A program made the position numbers and the translations under genes. Shown piece after piece: positions 38,001 to 50,817 of a stretch of DNA of 64,000 nt. The stretch comes from Rhynchopus sp. YZ270_cl-10 (taxonomy: Eukaryota). Below the pieces are notes generated by a model. It had not been told where the DNA came from. It saw only the letters and a program-made list of their open reading frames with translations, and did not search any database. The stretch spans positions 558,001 through 622,000 of the forward strand of contig OZ037833.1 in NCBI GenBank assembly GCA_964035575.1. Direction: 5' to 3'. Every line of letters starts with the position of its first letter. The stretch's first letter is position 1.

Positions 38001-38352
38001 GCCCCATTTGCCTCCACCTGCATTTCAGATGCACTTCTTTACTACACCATCATTGTCATGCGGGAACACGCAGGTCAACGGATATAGCTATAAGAACTTT
38101 ACAGTGCAAAAAAATAAAACACAGGACGCTGCAAAAAAAAAAAAAAGCTTGGCTTGAAATACAACAGCCCCTCTCATGACAGTACATCTTGGTACATGAC
38201 CAGCTGCACCGCGGGGGGGACCCCCAATACACACAAAATCCTACCTCCTCCATATCGTTATCAAAGGGGAGATATAAAGCCATTTTTTTTTAAAAAACTT
38301 CTAAATTCCTCTCAGACCCCATCTCTCCTTTTCCCCCACCTTCCCTCCCCTA

Positions 38353-41300
38353 TCACATCATTGTACATGAACAGGGGTCCGCCTTCTTGCTTGGGTCCGC
38401 CTTACGTTTCTTCATTGGAGGCTTTTTGATGACAGCGCTGCCTTGAACCGCTTTTTTAACTTTAGCTACGTCAAGCCCTTTAGGTGATGCAGCTGTAAGG
38501 GGCCATAACGTTTCTATGTCACTGTGTTCAATGTCGTGACGGATGTAGTACAACAGATATGCTTTGTTGGTTACTACAGCTTCGGGTCGGATGGGGGTAC
38601 AGCGTGCGTCGTTCATAGAACACCAGCTGCCATCCGGGAGGCGAATGTACGAATAATAGTGCCCCCAGGTGGTCTGCGCGCCCTCATGGTTGATCACTGC
38701 AGCCAAATCGTATTTGGTCTTTTCTCTGCTCATGATGGAGGGGAGTTCTGATAGGTCTGCCTCTCCAGGAGTCAGAAGGCTCTGCAAATCCAAATCCTTT
38801 AATGGAAAGTTAACGTGAGTTGACACCTTTTGCTGTCCATTTTCCGTCCAGGTAAACCGTTTGAGCTGAATGATGAGAAGCCCCGGGAGGGTGTAGAATC
38901 GTGAAGTACCTCTTTGTCCTGCCATCTCCCCGCAGTGGTCGCATTTGACGCGACCGTCAACCATTTCTCCGGTAGAGAAATATGATTTTAGGAGGTTCAA
39001 AACATCGCAGGACTTCTGCGAATTGAGGATGTTGTTTGCTTGCACCACAGAAGGGTCGATTTCGACAGCAGTTTCAACAAGCTTTTTGTATTCCCCATTG
39101 TACACATCGATGTCCCAGTCAATGCCGATTGTGTCTCGGTGGTGCACATTGTGCGGCCCTGCCGTGGAACACTCTATTTTACATCCTATGCACCCATGCG
39201 ACCAGCCACAGTCGCTGCAGCTCCGTCCATCCTCCTTTACCCGGGTTAACACAAAAGGGTAGACTCGGTTGTCGTCCATCACGTAGTCGGGTACAAGGTG
39301 TTTCAAAGAAAACCAGACCTGTTCGTACAGTTCCTTCCCCGTTGCGCCGTCGCGGATGGAAACCATAAGAGGGGTGCCAAGAAGGTAGGGTTTGTATGGG
39401 GAGCCGAAAAGGTGTTTTTCTTGTACAAGGCGGCGGTGGACGGCTTGGCATAGAATTTTTTTGCCTTGTGTGTAGTCTTTTGCTTCGTAGATGTGGATGG
39501 GTGTGCCTGGGGAGAGGAGACGGAGGCGTTGGGCGACCTGTTCTTTTGCACGCCATGCGGGGAGTTGAAACAAATGCATGTCGGCAGTCAGAGTTAAGGC
39601 AATCAAATTCGCAGGAAGCACACTCCGGTCTATCAACCCCGATACTGCGCGCATGAGATCGTTCGTTGTTGCCTTTGTCTTTACACAGACCCGCAGACTC
39701 AACATTTTCTCCCCAGCCTTATGTAATAACACATCAACATAGGTCTCATCCTGACTAGGCAATGCAAGCGAAATAGGTGGGTGCACCGTGTCAATAGAAA
39801 TCGAGGGTTTCTTACAAGAAGAGCATACCCTCGCGTTGTGCTGTTGGTAGGCAAGGAGGGAAATAAAAAAGGATTCTTCAAGCGCGGTACGTTGCTGCCA
39901 AGAGAGAAGCGCAATCGCGGCCTCGGACGCACCTAACGGGAGTTTTGAGTCTACAGTACGTCGGTTGCGGACGAGGTTCACTTCTTCTCCTACTCCATCT
40001 AATAAAGCAAGCAAAAAGTCGTTTGCATCCTGTTGGTGGCTGTTCGCATAGTCATCATTGTAAGATCCAATCAAATGTCTGAAATCTCTTGGAGGAAGAA
40101 ACGGTTTTTCGGTCGACCAAAGCTTCTCTAATAACTCACCTAATGACACTGCAAGCTTCCCGCCCAACCCTTTGGAGGATATTTTGTTCAAATCATAAAG
40201 ATATCGGTCAGACAAAAAATACTCTCTTATCGGCCGAATATGAGACAACGCCTGCACCGTAGAGTTCAGATAGCATGTGTTCGCAAGGTTTTGAAGCCCG
40301 GTCACCCCATTCGCAGAAGGCAACGTTCTTTCCAACCGTTTTTTCACCGATTTGATGGGTAAAGTAATGGGCCGTCCTTTTTGCGAATCACCCATCGGAA
40401 TAATCTTTACTTTATCCCCAGTAGAGTAGATGACCGTTCCGGCCCTCATAGATTGGCGGGGTCGGAGGGTAGCGGGATCTGCAACGCCTTTGGTGTTCTC
40501 TTCCACAACAAATTCGATGGAAACACCAGAGGGGAGGCCTTCTAAGCCTTCTTGAAATGAAGACCCTTCGGAGCCTTCTCCAAAGATGTGTGTAGTGTCG
40601 ACTCCACTAATGTCTAACAGACCTTGAAGTTGTCCGACGGTTTCTTCTATCTTGCTGGAAGGGTCTAAAGGGGGAATTTTGATGTGGAGTATCGTTGGCG
40701 GGTCGGATGCAGAATGGATCGCGATTTTGACCATACGCTGGCCAGCACCGTCAACAACGTTGTTGGTTATTTCGACTGCGCTGGTTTGGATTGATTTGTC
40801 CTCTGCAGCGCCAAGAGAGGTGAGAAGTAATGTAAACACAGCGCCATGTGTTGCATGCATGGTAACTTTAACAGAGCCTTCGACGGCAGAGAAACGGACG
40901 AGAGGTACCTGGCGGTAGTCGCCGACGAGGTAGGTCGTTCCGTCGAGGATGTCAAGAGAACGGAGTGTGGTCTTCATGTTGGTGAGGCGGGCGAACTCAA
41001 GGTCGCTGTGTGTGGTGTTGGTCTTGCAGTCCCAGAGGGTGGCCACGGAGACGTCGATCTTCAGGAGCTGGGCGGCGTGGCGTTTGACCTCGGCCAGCGT
41101 GGAGTTGGAGGAGAAGACGGCTTCCCTGGCGGTTTTGTTCATGGCGTCGACGGTCACTGTGTCGTCGGGGACACCGCGGAAGAGTCTGTAGATATTTTTT
41201 TGAATTTTTTGAGAAAAAATAGTGCAAAGTGGATCGTGGACACGACGTGGTCCAGAGTCACCTGAAGTGAAAATGAGATGTAAATCACTTCATGAGACCA

Positions 41301-44048
41301 CTTGTCACCATGACATGTCATATTGGTCCTGGACCATGTTGTGGAAGCATGGCATACCTGACATGTGGCGGGTGGAGCTCCAGCTCACGTCGCCCATCTA
41401 CCTCGATGACCACACGGGCAATCTCCGCATGAAGGCTGCAGCTGGAGTACCACGAGGACACAGCACGCCACGCCGCCTCTGAGAGCACTTCGTAGCAGTC
41501 TGGGCCAGAGCGGTCGCCTCCCCACTGTTGGGGTGTGATGATTTTTTTTGTTGTGTCGACAATCACTTCGCTCCAAAAACGGAACAAAGTTCTGTACTCA
41601 AAGTTGGCCGAAGCCTATGTACTGCAGAAGGTATAGACGTCAGCCGTCCTGAACCCTAAAGAGCAACTTTTATTTCTTCACAGAATTTCACTATTTTCCC
41701 AGGAGTGCGTGCGTGAAGGGTGTTGGTAGGTTATGGTACATGAGTACCACCCTGGTTGTAAAGAAGCCAAGGGGGGGAGGGACTTAGAAGAGAGCTATTA
41801 AGTAGGGGGGTGGGCAGGGGCGTGTAACGGAGGGGGGAAGGGTTGAATCACTAAGTCACACAGCTATACAAAAACCCACAAAGACCTCATATTCGTTCCC
41901 GGAACTCCACTCGTAGCATGAGCCATTTGTGGAGACCGTCACACCACTCAGACATCCTCACATCGTCGGCCTCCTGCACTTTCATCCGCTCGCACACCAT
42001 CATAAGCGTGGGGGGGCGCCGCATAGCAAAATCTCGCAACACTGTGTGTACTGTCGGGGGAGAGGGGTAGACCTTCTCTATGTCTGCGAAACGTGATAGG
42101 GCACGTCGGTGTGCTGGCGAATTGCACAACAAAACGTGCTCGGCTGTGGCAAGACCGTCGCACTGGGGAATCGCACACTTGGCCTTGGTACTACGCTGCA
42201 GTACCGCACGCCTCGCGATGGCCTGCATGATGTCACAACACCCTGGGATGTACATCAGACGGCGCAAGTTCTGTCGCTTTGTGCACTCCTGTGGGCATTG
42301 TTCCCGTATCCTCGTAGCAATCCCTGCCTCGCGATTCATCGCTTTTACCTGCCTGATGAAATGCATCGGACTGGACACTTTTTTTTTTTTTTTTTTTTTT
42401 TTTTGTGATTTTCAAAAGAAATTCAACAATAGTTCCTACATACATCTAGCCCTGTCTTGAGTTTGCCGTTTTCATCAAGGAGCCCTTGGTTGTCCAGCAG
42501 AGGTACCGCATGCGCGACAACTAAAGGAGACTGCTGCGACCACTGCCGCGAGGCCAGCTCCATGTCGTCGTCTGGATCGCCACCTGAAAAGGCACCGAGC
42601 CCTGTATCCTCCTCCACCAGCGCAGTGATGCTGTCTCTATAGTGCGGTCGTGTCGGCGAAAACGCGGATGGCCCACCACTGAGAAGCGCTTCCCAAGCAT
42701 CGTACCACACTTTGTCCACCAGATACCATACGGTTCCCACTTCACCTAATGACCGCAATGGGTGAAATGTTGGTACATTCAGCCGGCCTACTACCTGCAG
42801 CTCTTCTGCGGGAGTCGCTGGGCGGATGTTCAGGTCAATCAAAACGCATTTCCAAACCGTTGCGACGAATTCTTCTCCTAGCGCGCTTTGCTTCGCCCAA
42901 TGCGAAAAGCGTTCCAACGAGACGCGGGGAGGCGGGGTAGGGGTGCTCTTCTCCTCCTTCCCAAAGAGGCTTTCCACAAGCCCTGCGGTGCGTTGTTTGT
43001 TGTGCTCCGCATCTTGCCCAGCCTCGACCACCCACAACGCATCCACCAGCTCCGTGAACGCGGCACGTCCAAGCCCCCCTACCTCGGTTGTATCAAAAAG
43101 CTGAAAGCAAAACTGCACCTTCTCCTCCTGATCACCATGAGAAGACACTGCTACAGCAGATAGCAGGTCTTTAACAGAAACGCACTCTGTGTGGTCAGGG
43201 TCCAATACACGGAACAGCTCTCGACAGAGAGACTGTGGGAGGGATGATAAAGCGTCCGAAAAGGTCTTTCTGTCGAGCGTTCCTGTCGCGGAGCCTTCTT
43301 GGAGCTTTTTGTGAATCTTCAGGATTTCGTCGACTTTGCCTTGCGGGAGGCCGGTCATGGAGGCGAGAGAACGTGCCTTCTCTTCTTCGTACGATGCCAT
43401 CGCTCCTTCAGAAGAGGTTAACAACTGCACATGGTGTGGACGCAGCCCTTCTTGGCCTAGCATGTCTTCAAATTCGTACATCCAGACAAAAAGCGAAAGT
43501 GGTTCTGTAGGGTGTTCGGACACCATCCGCAGGGCCCAGGCGCTGAAGGCCTCTGGGGTGGTAAAAGCGGCGTTCTCTTCTAAGGCAGAGAGCAGCGGTT
43601 TGCCTTCGTCGGGGAAGAGCACGACGAGGCGTCGGAGGTGTGCGTAGGGTATTGTGTGCGCATCGGTGCAGTATGCACAGAAAACGAATTTGACACGCTC
43701 TGCCGCAGTTCCGGCACGGAGAACCGCCAACCCCCGAATGAACTCTTCCAAGGTAAGTCCGTCAGTTTTTGTTGATGTGCTTGGAAGAGAAGCGGAACAG
43801 CGTTTAAAGGCGCAGTATAAGCATCGTGTTAACTGCTCAGGGCAGTGCGGGAGGATGGACCCCACGAAGCGTGCCTGGAACACAGCGTACCCCATGCGAG
43901 CCTCCCCGCGCGTCAGCAGACGGAAGTCGCTTTCCACAATGTGCAGCGTGGAGCGGATCCGTTCGCATGCAGTCGCATAGTCGATGATCCCCTCTGTGAT
44001 GAATGAGGCGCTTGTATTCGTGTCGGCATTGTTGGTGTCACCACTCAT
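38353..44048 (-). CDS. Ubiquitin-specific protease, USP32-like (EF-hands, DUSP, UBL, C19 domain, CaaX); join(38353..41185,41358..41524,42444..44048), about 1534 aa
   Basis: GLQNLANTCYLNS, QQDANDF, LIIQLKRF, AVINHEG...GHYYSY...MND. DUSP is split over introns with matching phases (LKTGLD|WGG..., HVR|LFRG). C-terminal CTMM. Confidence 0.9.
41887..42366 (-). CDS. Same-strand ORF nested in USP intron 1, with a CCHC-like motif
   Basis: 159-codon GC-balanced ORF starting 4 nt after a poly-A/CAG acceptor; contains CAIPQC...AEHVLLC. Confidence 0.45.
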   Translation of the reverse strand: MHFIRQVKAMNREAGIATRIREQCPQECTKRQNLRRLMYIPGCCDIMQAIARRAVLQRSTKAKCAIPQCDGLATAEHVLLCNSPAHRRALSRFADIEKVYPSPPTVHTVLRDFAMRRPPTLMMVCERMKVQEADDVRMSEWCDGLHKWLMLRVEFRERI

Positions 44049-45111
44049 GTTGTGCCTGGAGGGTTGAGGGGTTGATTTAAAATAGCAATTAAATTCTGGT
44101 ATTTTTCAGGCACGATGCTGTGCCTGGAGGGGGGGATGGGGGATGAGGTGGGTGAAGGTCTAATCTTGAAGCTTCCGCATATTGAGCGGTGTTTGAGGGT
44201 GTGCGACTCTAATATTTACCATCAAGTCTGTCCTTGGAAAGGTCCTGCGATTGTAAGGGAAGAATAAGAGTTGACTTGAAATACAAAGCCCTCTCGTGAA
44301 CAGTGTACCTTTGGTACAAATGACCTGGCTGTACCGGGGGTGGACACCCAATCATGCAGTCCTACATACATTGTCGTGGTATACATGAAATCTGATGGTG
44401 CAGTATGTTGACTCTGATTGCGACAGTGTTTAGCTTTTTTATGTTGAGATAGGCGGTATTACCAGGAGAAAGCCTAGAGAGATGAGAACCTAGAACAGAG
44501 AACAGAGAGCGATTAGAAAAAGAACCTTTTTTTTTTTTCCAGATATGTTTTTTTTTTTTGCGAGCGGATCTTCAGAACAGTCGCAAAAAAAGAAAAGGGT
44601 GTCGATTGAGGGCTTTTTTCCAGGCCTTTTGCTAACTTTGGGATTTTCCCCCTGAATGGCATGATGGTCAAAAAAAAATAATTTCCTGGAAAAAAAGTAC
44701 ATTCCGAGCTTTCCCACCTGGTAAAAGCGGTCGTCGCGCGCTTCGCGCGCGCCTCCCTGCCAGCCACAGGGTGGAGAGGCGAAGGGTCAGCTTTGCAAGA
44801 TAACAAAAACGAAATCTAATCCTTTATTAACGGTGCTTGGTCTGCGCCTTACGTACACTAACCGTACAAAATCAATACGTCTGCCAGAAGCAGGGGCTGT
44901 TGCAACGGTTGGGTCACTTTGAAATAACAATGTCAAATTTTTGCAGCTTGGGTCAAGTTGCATTTCTGGCTGCAAAATGCAAGGGAATTTTTTTAGATAT
45001 TGTAAAATGGCACCGTAGGCAGGAAGAAAATAGCGTACAGCGCGAGCGAAGCGAGCGGATTTTTTTTGAGGTATACCTCCGCGAGCGCAGCGAGCAGAAA
45101 AATTTTAAGGT

Positions 45112-45597
45112 GCCATCACGCCATCACGCCATCACGCCATCACGCCATCACGCCATCATGCCATCATGCCATCATGCCATCATGCCATCATGCCATCATG
45201 CCATCATGCCATCATGCCATCATGCCATCATGCCATCATGCCATCATGCCATCATGCCATCATGCCATCATGCCATCATGCCATCATGCCATCATGCCAT
45301 CATGCCATCATGCCATCATGCCATCATGCCATCATGCCATCATGCCATCATGCCATCATGCCATCATGCCATCATGCCATCATGCCATCATGCCATCATG
45401 CCATCATGCCATCATGCCATCATGCCATCATGCCATCATGCCATCATGCCATCATGCCATCATGCCATCATGCCATCATGCCATCATGCCATCATGCCAT
45501 CATGCCATCATGCCATCATGCCATCATGCCATCATGCCATCATGCCATCATGCCATCATGCCATCATGCCATCATGCCATCATGCCATCATGCCATC
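45112..45597. repeat. (GCCATCAT)n 8-bp satellite inside a transposon-like block (about 44480-45740)
   Basis: Perfect array with inverted units at 45652-45720. The block shares sequence with 25046-25097 and has CGAGCGAAGCGAG motifs. Confidence 0.95.
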
Positions 45598-45754
45598 TGG
45601 GGGGAAATCCCCAGGTGATGGAGAGCGAAAGCCCTGCCCCACCACCCCCCGTGGCATGATGGTGGCATGATGGAAAAAAAAATAAAAAACGCCCAAAAAC
45701 GTGGCATGATGGCATGATGGTTAGCAAAAGGCCTGGCTTTTTTCAACCGACGGA

Positions 45755-46507
45755 CAGGGCGTTCGCCCCGGGGCGAAAAATATTTTTTTTCGTTAAAAAA
45801 ATCTTTTCCTGAAAAAATGACATTTTATTTCGCCCCAGGGCTTCGCCCCACCGGGGCGAAACCCTGTATAAATAAATAAATAAATAAATAAAAAAGGGGG
45901 GTAAAAAAAAAAAAGAGAGAGAGATTTCTCCCCACCACCCTGTCGACCCCCCCGGAGGGGGGGTCGCAGAGGGGTGTCCACTGTTCCGCAAACCCGCCTG
46001 CCGTGAGAGGAAGTTTCCCCAGCACTCCCGCTCGCTCCTCAATCCTGCAGTCTGCTGAAGGTGCCCCGTACCCCCTGTTATAGAAGGTGTCACTAGTCGT
46101 GTCAACTGTACCTTCAACGGCAGAGACGTTTTAGTTTATTGAAAATAAGCAAACTAAGGATGAAGTCTCATATGACAGATGCCTCTCTCTTGTACATCTG
46201 TTTGATTAAACAACACAAAGAGACCCTCAGTGAGGGGGGATTGATGAAATTCTCCATCGTTTTGCTGGTTTTAGTAACAGGAAAGTTCAGCTGTAATAGC
46301 ACTTGTGCTGGGGAAGGGAACACGCGCAAATCGCAAATTTTTTCTGACCACTCAGTACCAGGGATTCACCCCCCACGAACTAGCTTCTCTCCGGCGGAAA
46401 AAAATTTTTGACCGGCTATTTTAAGCACTAGTAAAAAAGCAAAAATTTAAGGGTTTTTGGCATTTCGCCACGATCAGGAAAAAACGATGGCGATAGCGAA
46501 CGCCCTG
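45755..46507 (+). mobile_element. Internally deleted hAT element, copy 2
   Basis: Same TIR as copy 1; 8-bp TSD CCGACGGA. Confidence 0.93.
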
Positions 46508-46635
46508 CCGACGGATTGAAAAAAAAAAAATTCCCTCCCCACCCTCCTCAATACCACTCGAAAGGCTAGGGTACTTACACAGAGCTTCCAAAAAAAAATC
46601 CCCTTTTTCCACCCCCCTTGGGGTGTTTGCTATCA

Positions 46636-48245
46636 TCAATGCACCACATTTTTGGACTGGTCAGCTAGCTCTTGGAGATGTCGTTCTCGCCTGCGGGAGG
46701 AGTCTCTGCCTTCTGCAAATTCCGCTTGCAGGGTTGAAAAGCGGAACGGGAAGAGCCAGGGCCCGGTGTCCGGCTCCTCGCCATCAACGAGACCCTTTGG
46801 TGCAATGTTCAGTCCACAGAACGTCTCGGCCAGGCTGCCCCCATCATACCCATGACCATACAACATCCCACGCCGTACCTGACTCCCACAATATGTTATT
46901 ATGTCCCTTCCTACGCGCTCGCAAGACTCGCTCCACTGTATTTTTTTTTTTGAAAAAATTGAAAAAATTGATGACGTGCAGACACCTCGCTTTTTTTTAT
47001 CGTGTGAACTCCACGCAGCCTTTCCTCGCCTATCTCTCGTTTCGTGGATACCGCTACTACGTCCTACTCCCGCCTCCACTCATCAGGTAACAAACGGGGA
47101 TCATTGGATGCCCAGGGTAAATAGGCCCGGGTGAGATAGGCTTGGGCAGGGGGGGGGTTTTTTTTTTTTGGATAATCCCTCCTTTGTGTTTTTGGGTGAT
47201 CTCTGATCGTCTCCGTGAGACACGCAACAGGCTGTGAGAGCTTTGTGAAAGCTTACTGAGAGCTAGTGAAAAAAATCTCTCCCCGTTCATAGATCACCTA
47301 GTTTTAAAGGGAGGTTCTACTCATTGCATTATTTAAAAAAAGGTTGTGTTTATACCGTAAGCATCCAGGCGAATCCAAAACCACAGAAGTATGCCGTCAG
47401 GTGGTACACTGTTCGCACTGTGCGGGATCGAAGGGTGCGGAACCGTGCCGGGATTTTCGTGTCTTTGTACACTCCGACCCAGCGGTTGTCGGGGTCGATT
47501 GCCATGAGTTCTCCAAAGGCACCGTACTCCTTCGTGCGACGGACCAGCTCTGCGTCAGACATCTGCGCGATCAAGGCACGTCGTCTTTGCATGCGATCGC
47601 CAGACTGCAAGCTCGTCATGTATCTGAAAAGCGTTTTTTTTTTTTTTTTTTGTGTTTTACTTTTTCCATTTTATTTTTATTGAATTTTTCCAATGACGTT
47701 TTGTGTGGGGTTGTGTACCAGCTAAATGGTCGTATTTTATTATTCAAAATTAAATTTGAAGAAGAAAAAAAAATTGATAGTGTTTTCAGGTGTGTGTGAT
47801 CTATGTTTCTGTTTGACTAAATAATGCAATTCCTTTTCACATACTCTTTGTATTCAGCATACTGCGCGACCTGTTTTGCGTGCGCGGTTTCGGGGTCGAT
47901 CGTGAGGGGGAATTTCTCGGGTGGTTCTTCCCCGCTTTCGGTGCGCGGCGCCGAGAGATCGTCGTGGCTGCGTTGTGTGGGCTCGTCGTGCAAGGTGTCG
48001 GGGGGGCTGCTGCTGCTGCTGCTGCTATTACTTCTGCTATTTTTGATGCTGTCATCCGCGTTGCTACTGCTGCCTGCTTCCTCAACAGGAATCGCAGCGG
48101 CGCTACCTTCCCCAGGCACTGCAGCGCTGTGCACACCACGCACAGTACATCGGCTACATCGCACCACCCTCCGCACCCCTACTGCACGCTGCACCGCAGT
48201 GCAGAGAGCACGCATCCTTCCCTGTCCCCTCTGTTTTGATGGCAT
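46636..48245 (-). CDS. Hypothetical membrane protein with mitochondrial-type presequence; join(46636..46935,47356..47623,47845..48245); start may be 48215
   Basis: Arg-rich N-terminus MRALCTAVQRAVGVRRVVR. Phase-2 and phase-0 GT-AG introns with A-rich 3' ends join in frame. One hydrophobic segment (YHLTAYFCGFGFAWMLTW). Confidence 0.7.
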
Positions 48246-48267
48246 AAGTGAAGATATACAGTAAAAC

Positions 48268-48528
48268 AACAAACACCGGTTGGGGTAAAAAACATAGAAA
48301 CTAAGGTGAATTTTGGAATTGCATTGAAGGGTTTTTTTACCCCTCCGATATTTGTTGTCTTACTGTATTTTGAATCAAAACAGAAGTACAAAGGGGGGTG
48401 AGAATTCCAATGAGAGGTACTAAATGAGGTGTCAATCCTTTGACACCTCATTCGGAGGGGTAAAAACCCTCCTTAGAGTTTTGAAATCCCAAAATCCACC
48501 ATTAGTTTTTACCCCACCGGTGTTTGTT
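48268..48528. mobile_element. Palindromic MITE
   Basis: aacaaacaccggt(t)ggggtaaaaa inverted at both ends, with nested inner inverted repeats. Confidence 0.7.
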
Positions 48529-48631
48529 ACAAAGCACACCGATAGGTAGGGCCTGAAGCCGGATTTTCTCTTATGACTCAGTGTTTTTGACGTTGTAGAC
48601 ATAACGTGAGATGAGCAAAGTGCAAAACAGC

Positions 48632-49386
48632 CAGGGCGTTCGCCCCGGGGCGAAAAATATTTTTTTTCGTTAAAAAAATCTTTTCCTGAAAAAATGACAT
48701 TTTATTTCGCCCCAGGGCTTCGCCCCACCGGGGCGAAACCCTGTATAAATAAATAAATAAATAAATAAAAAAGGGGGGTAAAAAAAAAAAAGAGAGAGAG
48801 ATTTCTCCCCACCACCCTGTCGACCCCCCCGGAGGGGGGGTCGCAGAGGGGTGTCCACTGTTCCGCAAACCCGCCTGCCGTGAGAGGAAGTTTCCCCAGC
48901 ACTCCCGCTCGCTCCTCAATCCTGCAGTCTGCTGAAGGTGCCCCGTACCCCCTGTTATAGAAGGTGTCACTAGTCGTGTCAACTGTACCTTCAACGGCAG
49001 AGAGACGTTTTAGTTTATTGAAAATAAGCAAACTAAGGATGAAGTCTCATATGACAGATGCCTCTCTCTTGTACATCTGTTTGATTAAACAACACAAAGA
49101 GACCCTCAGTGAGGGGGGATTGATGAAATTCTCCATCGTTTTGCTGGTTTTAGTATCAGGAAAGTTCAGCTGTAATAGCACTTGTGCTGGGGAAGGGAAC
49201 ACGCGCAAATCGCAAATTTTTTCTGACCACTCAGTACCAGGGATTCACCCCCCACGAACTAGCTTCTCTCCGGCGGAAAAAAATTTTTGACCGGCTATTT
49301 TAAGCACTAGTAAAAAAGCAAAAATTTAAGGGTTTTTGGCATTTCGCCACGATCAGGAAAAAACGATGGCGATAGCGAACGCCCTG
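48632..49386 (+). mobile_element. Internally deleted hAT element, copy 3
   Basis: Same TIR; 8-bp TSD AAAACAGC; nearly identical to copy 2. Confidence 0.93.
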
Positions 49387-50279
49387 AAAACAGCACTAAA
49401 AAAAAGCGCCAAAAAAAAATCAGAAAAAGATGCAAAATAGCTAGGTAGGGGGTAGATCAGTTCTTTTTTTGGGATTTCGGGGTTTTTTTTTGTTGAGTTT
49501 TTTGGGGGTTTTATTTCAAAAAAAAAAGGGGTGATCCGACAGCAAATAGCAGCCTCGTGGACCCCCCCCCCCCCCCCCCCCCCCTCATACACCCCACAGA
49601 GGAAGACAACACTACAAAATACGGAACGGACAAAAAAAAGGTTTATAAGATGATCCTAAGCCTCGCGGTGCTTTTGGTCACCTTTTTTGTTGTAAAAAAA
49701 GACCCCCTCCTCAAAGAAAAATGAACAGATTGAAAGCTACTAAAAAAAATGTTGATAGACGGATATGCCTAGCGTGCATACACATCAGAAAAAACAGAAA
49801 ACTCTAGATTTTGGATAATATTTTTTTTTTTTTTGCATAAAAAGCACAACACAGCCCACGCAACACCTCGTGTTTAAAAAAAGCTTGCCCTGCTCCTAAA
49901 AAGCAATACTTTACGGCAACACCACTCATCCCGACGGTGCTAATTTTTATATAGCTGGCCTCATGTCGGGCTTGCCTGGTTGGGGCTTCACCCCAAGCCA
50001 AAAGTCGTAACAAGGTTGCTCTGTAGGTGAACCTGCAGCAGGATATCATTCCCAAAGTCGGCTCTGTTGTTTACACAGACTGATAAATGGTCATTAGTAA
50101 AAGGCAAAGAATTTTCCCAAAGCTCCGCGCTTTTGGCGTCCCTGTTAGTAGCGCTGTCTACTGCAGGCGACGGTGTTTGTTGTGTTACTGTAAAAATAAA
50201 ATACTGAACGAAAAAAGGAAGATCGTCAACCTTCTTGGGGCTTTTTTGTAGCAGTGGGAAAGATAAAAAAAAGCTGCTA

Positions 50280-50314
<35 letters not shown>

Positions 50315-50817
50315 AATTTCAAACAAAAAAAACAAAAAAAATGTAGTGCAGCTAGCGTAGGCAAAGACAGTCTTCACTATCCATACAAACACATTGTCGG
50401 TTCTTCACCGTGGACCAGAACCCTACACAGACGTGGGCAACGTAGGAGCTCCGCATAACCTGCTTCAAAAATAACGCCCACATTTGGAGACAACATCCCA
50501 CAGCACATCTATCTATTTTACGCCCCATAACCCCTATGCAAACGTCTCTATTTTCTATTTTTTTCAAAAAAAAAACCCCCCCACCTTCCCCAAAAAATCC
50601 AAAAAAGAGACGAGGTGCAGTGCAAAAAAAAAAAAAAAAAAATGCCTTCTAGGACAACAGGCACGGGCACCGGCTTTTGTACCGTGGGTGGACACCCCAA
50701 CCATGCCGTCCTACATCTATTTCGTGGTTTACATCTGAATAAAAATGACACTACAATACCACAACAAAATGCGATTTTTTTTTTTGTGGAAGCCCCCCCT
50801 TTTTTAACAAATCACCC

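Noticed and set aside
44837..45670. PSCHHAIM repeat ORFs
   Set aside because: Translation of an 8-bp satellite, open in all frames.
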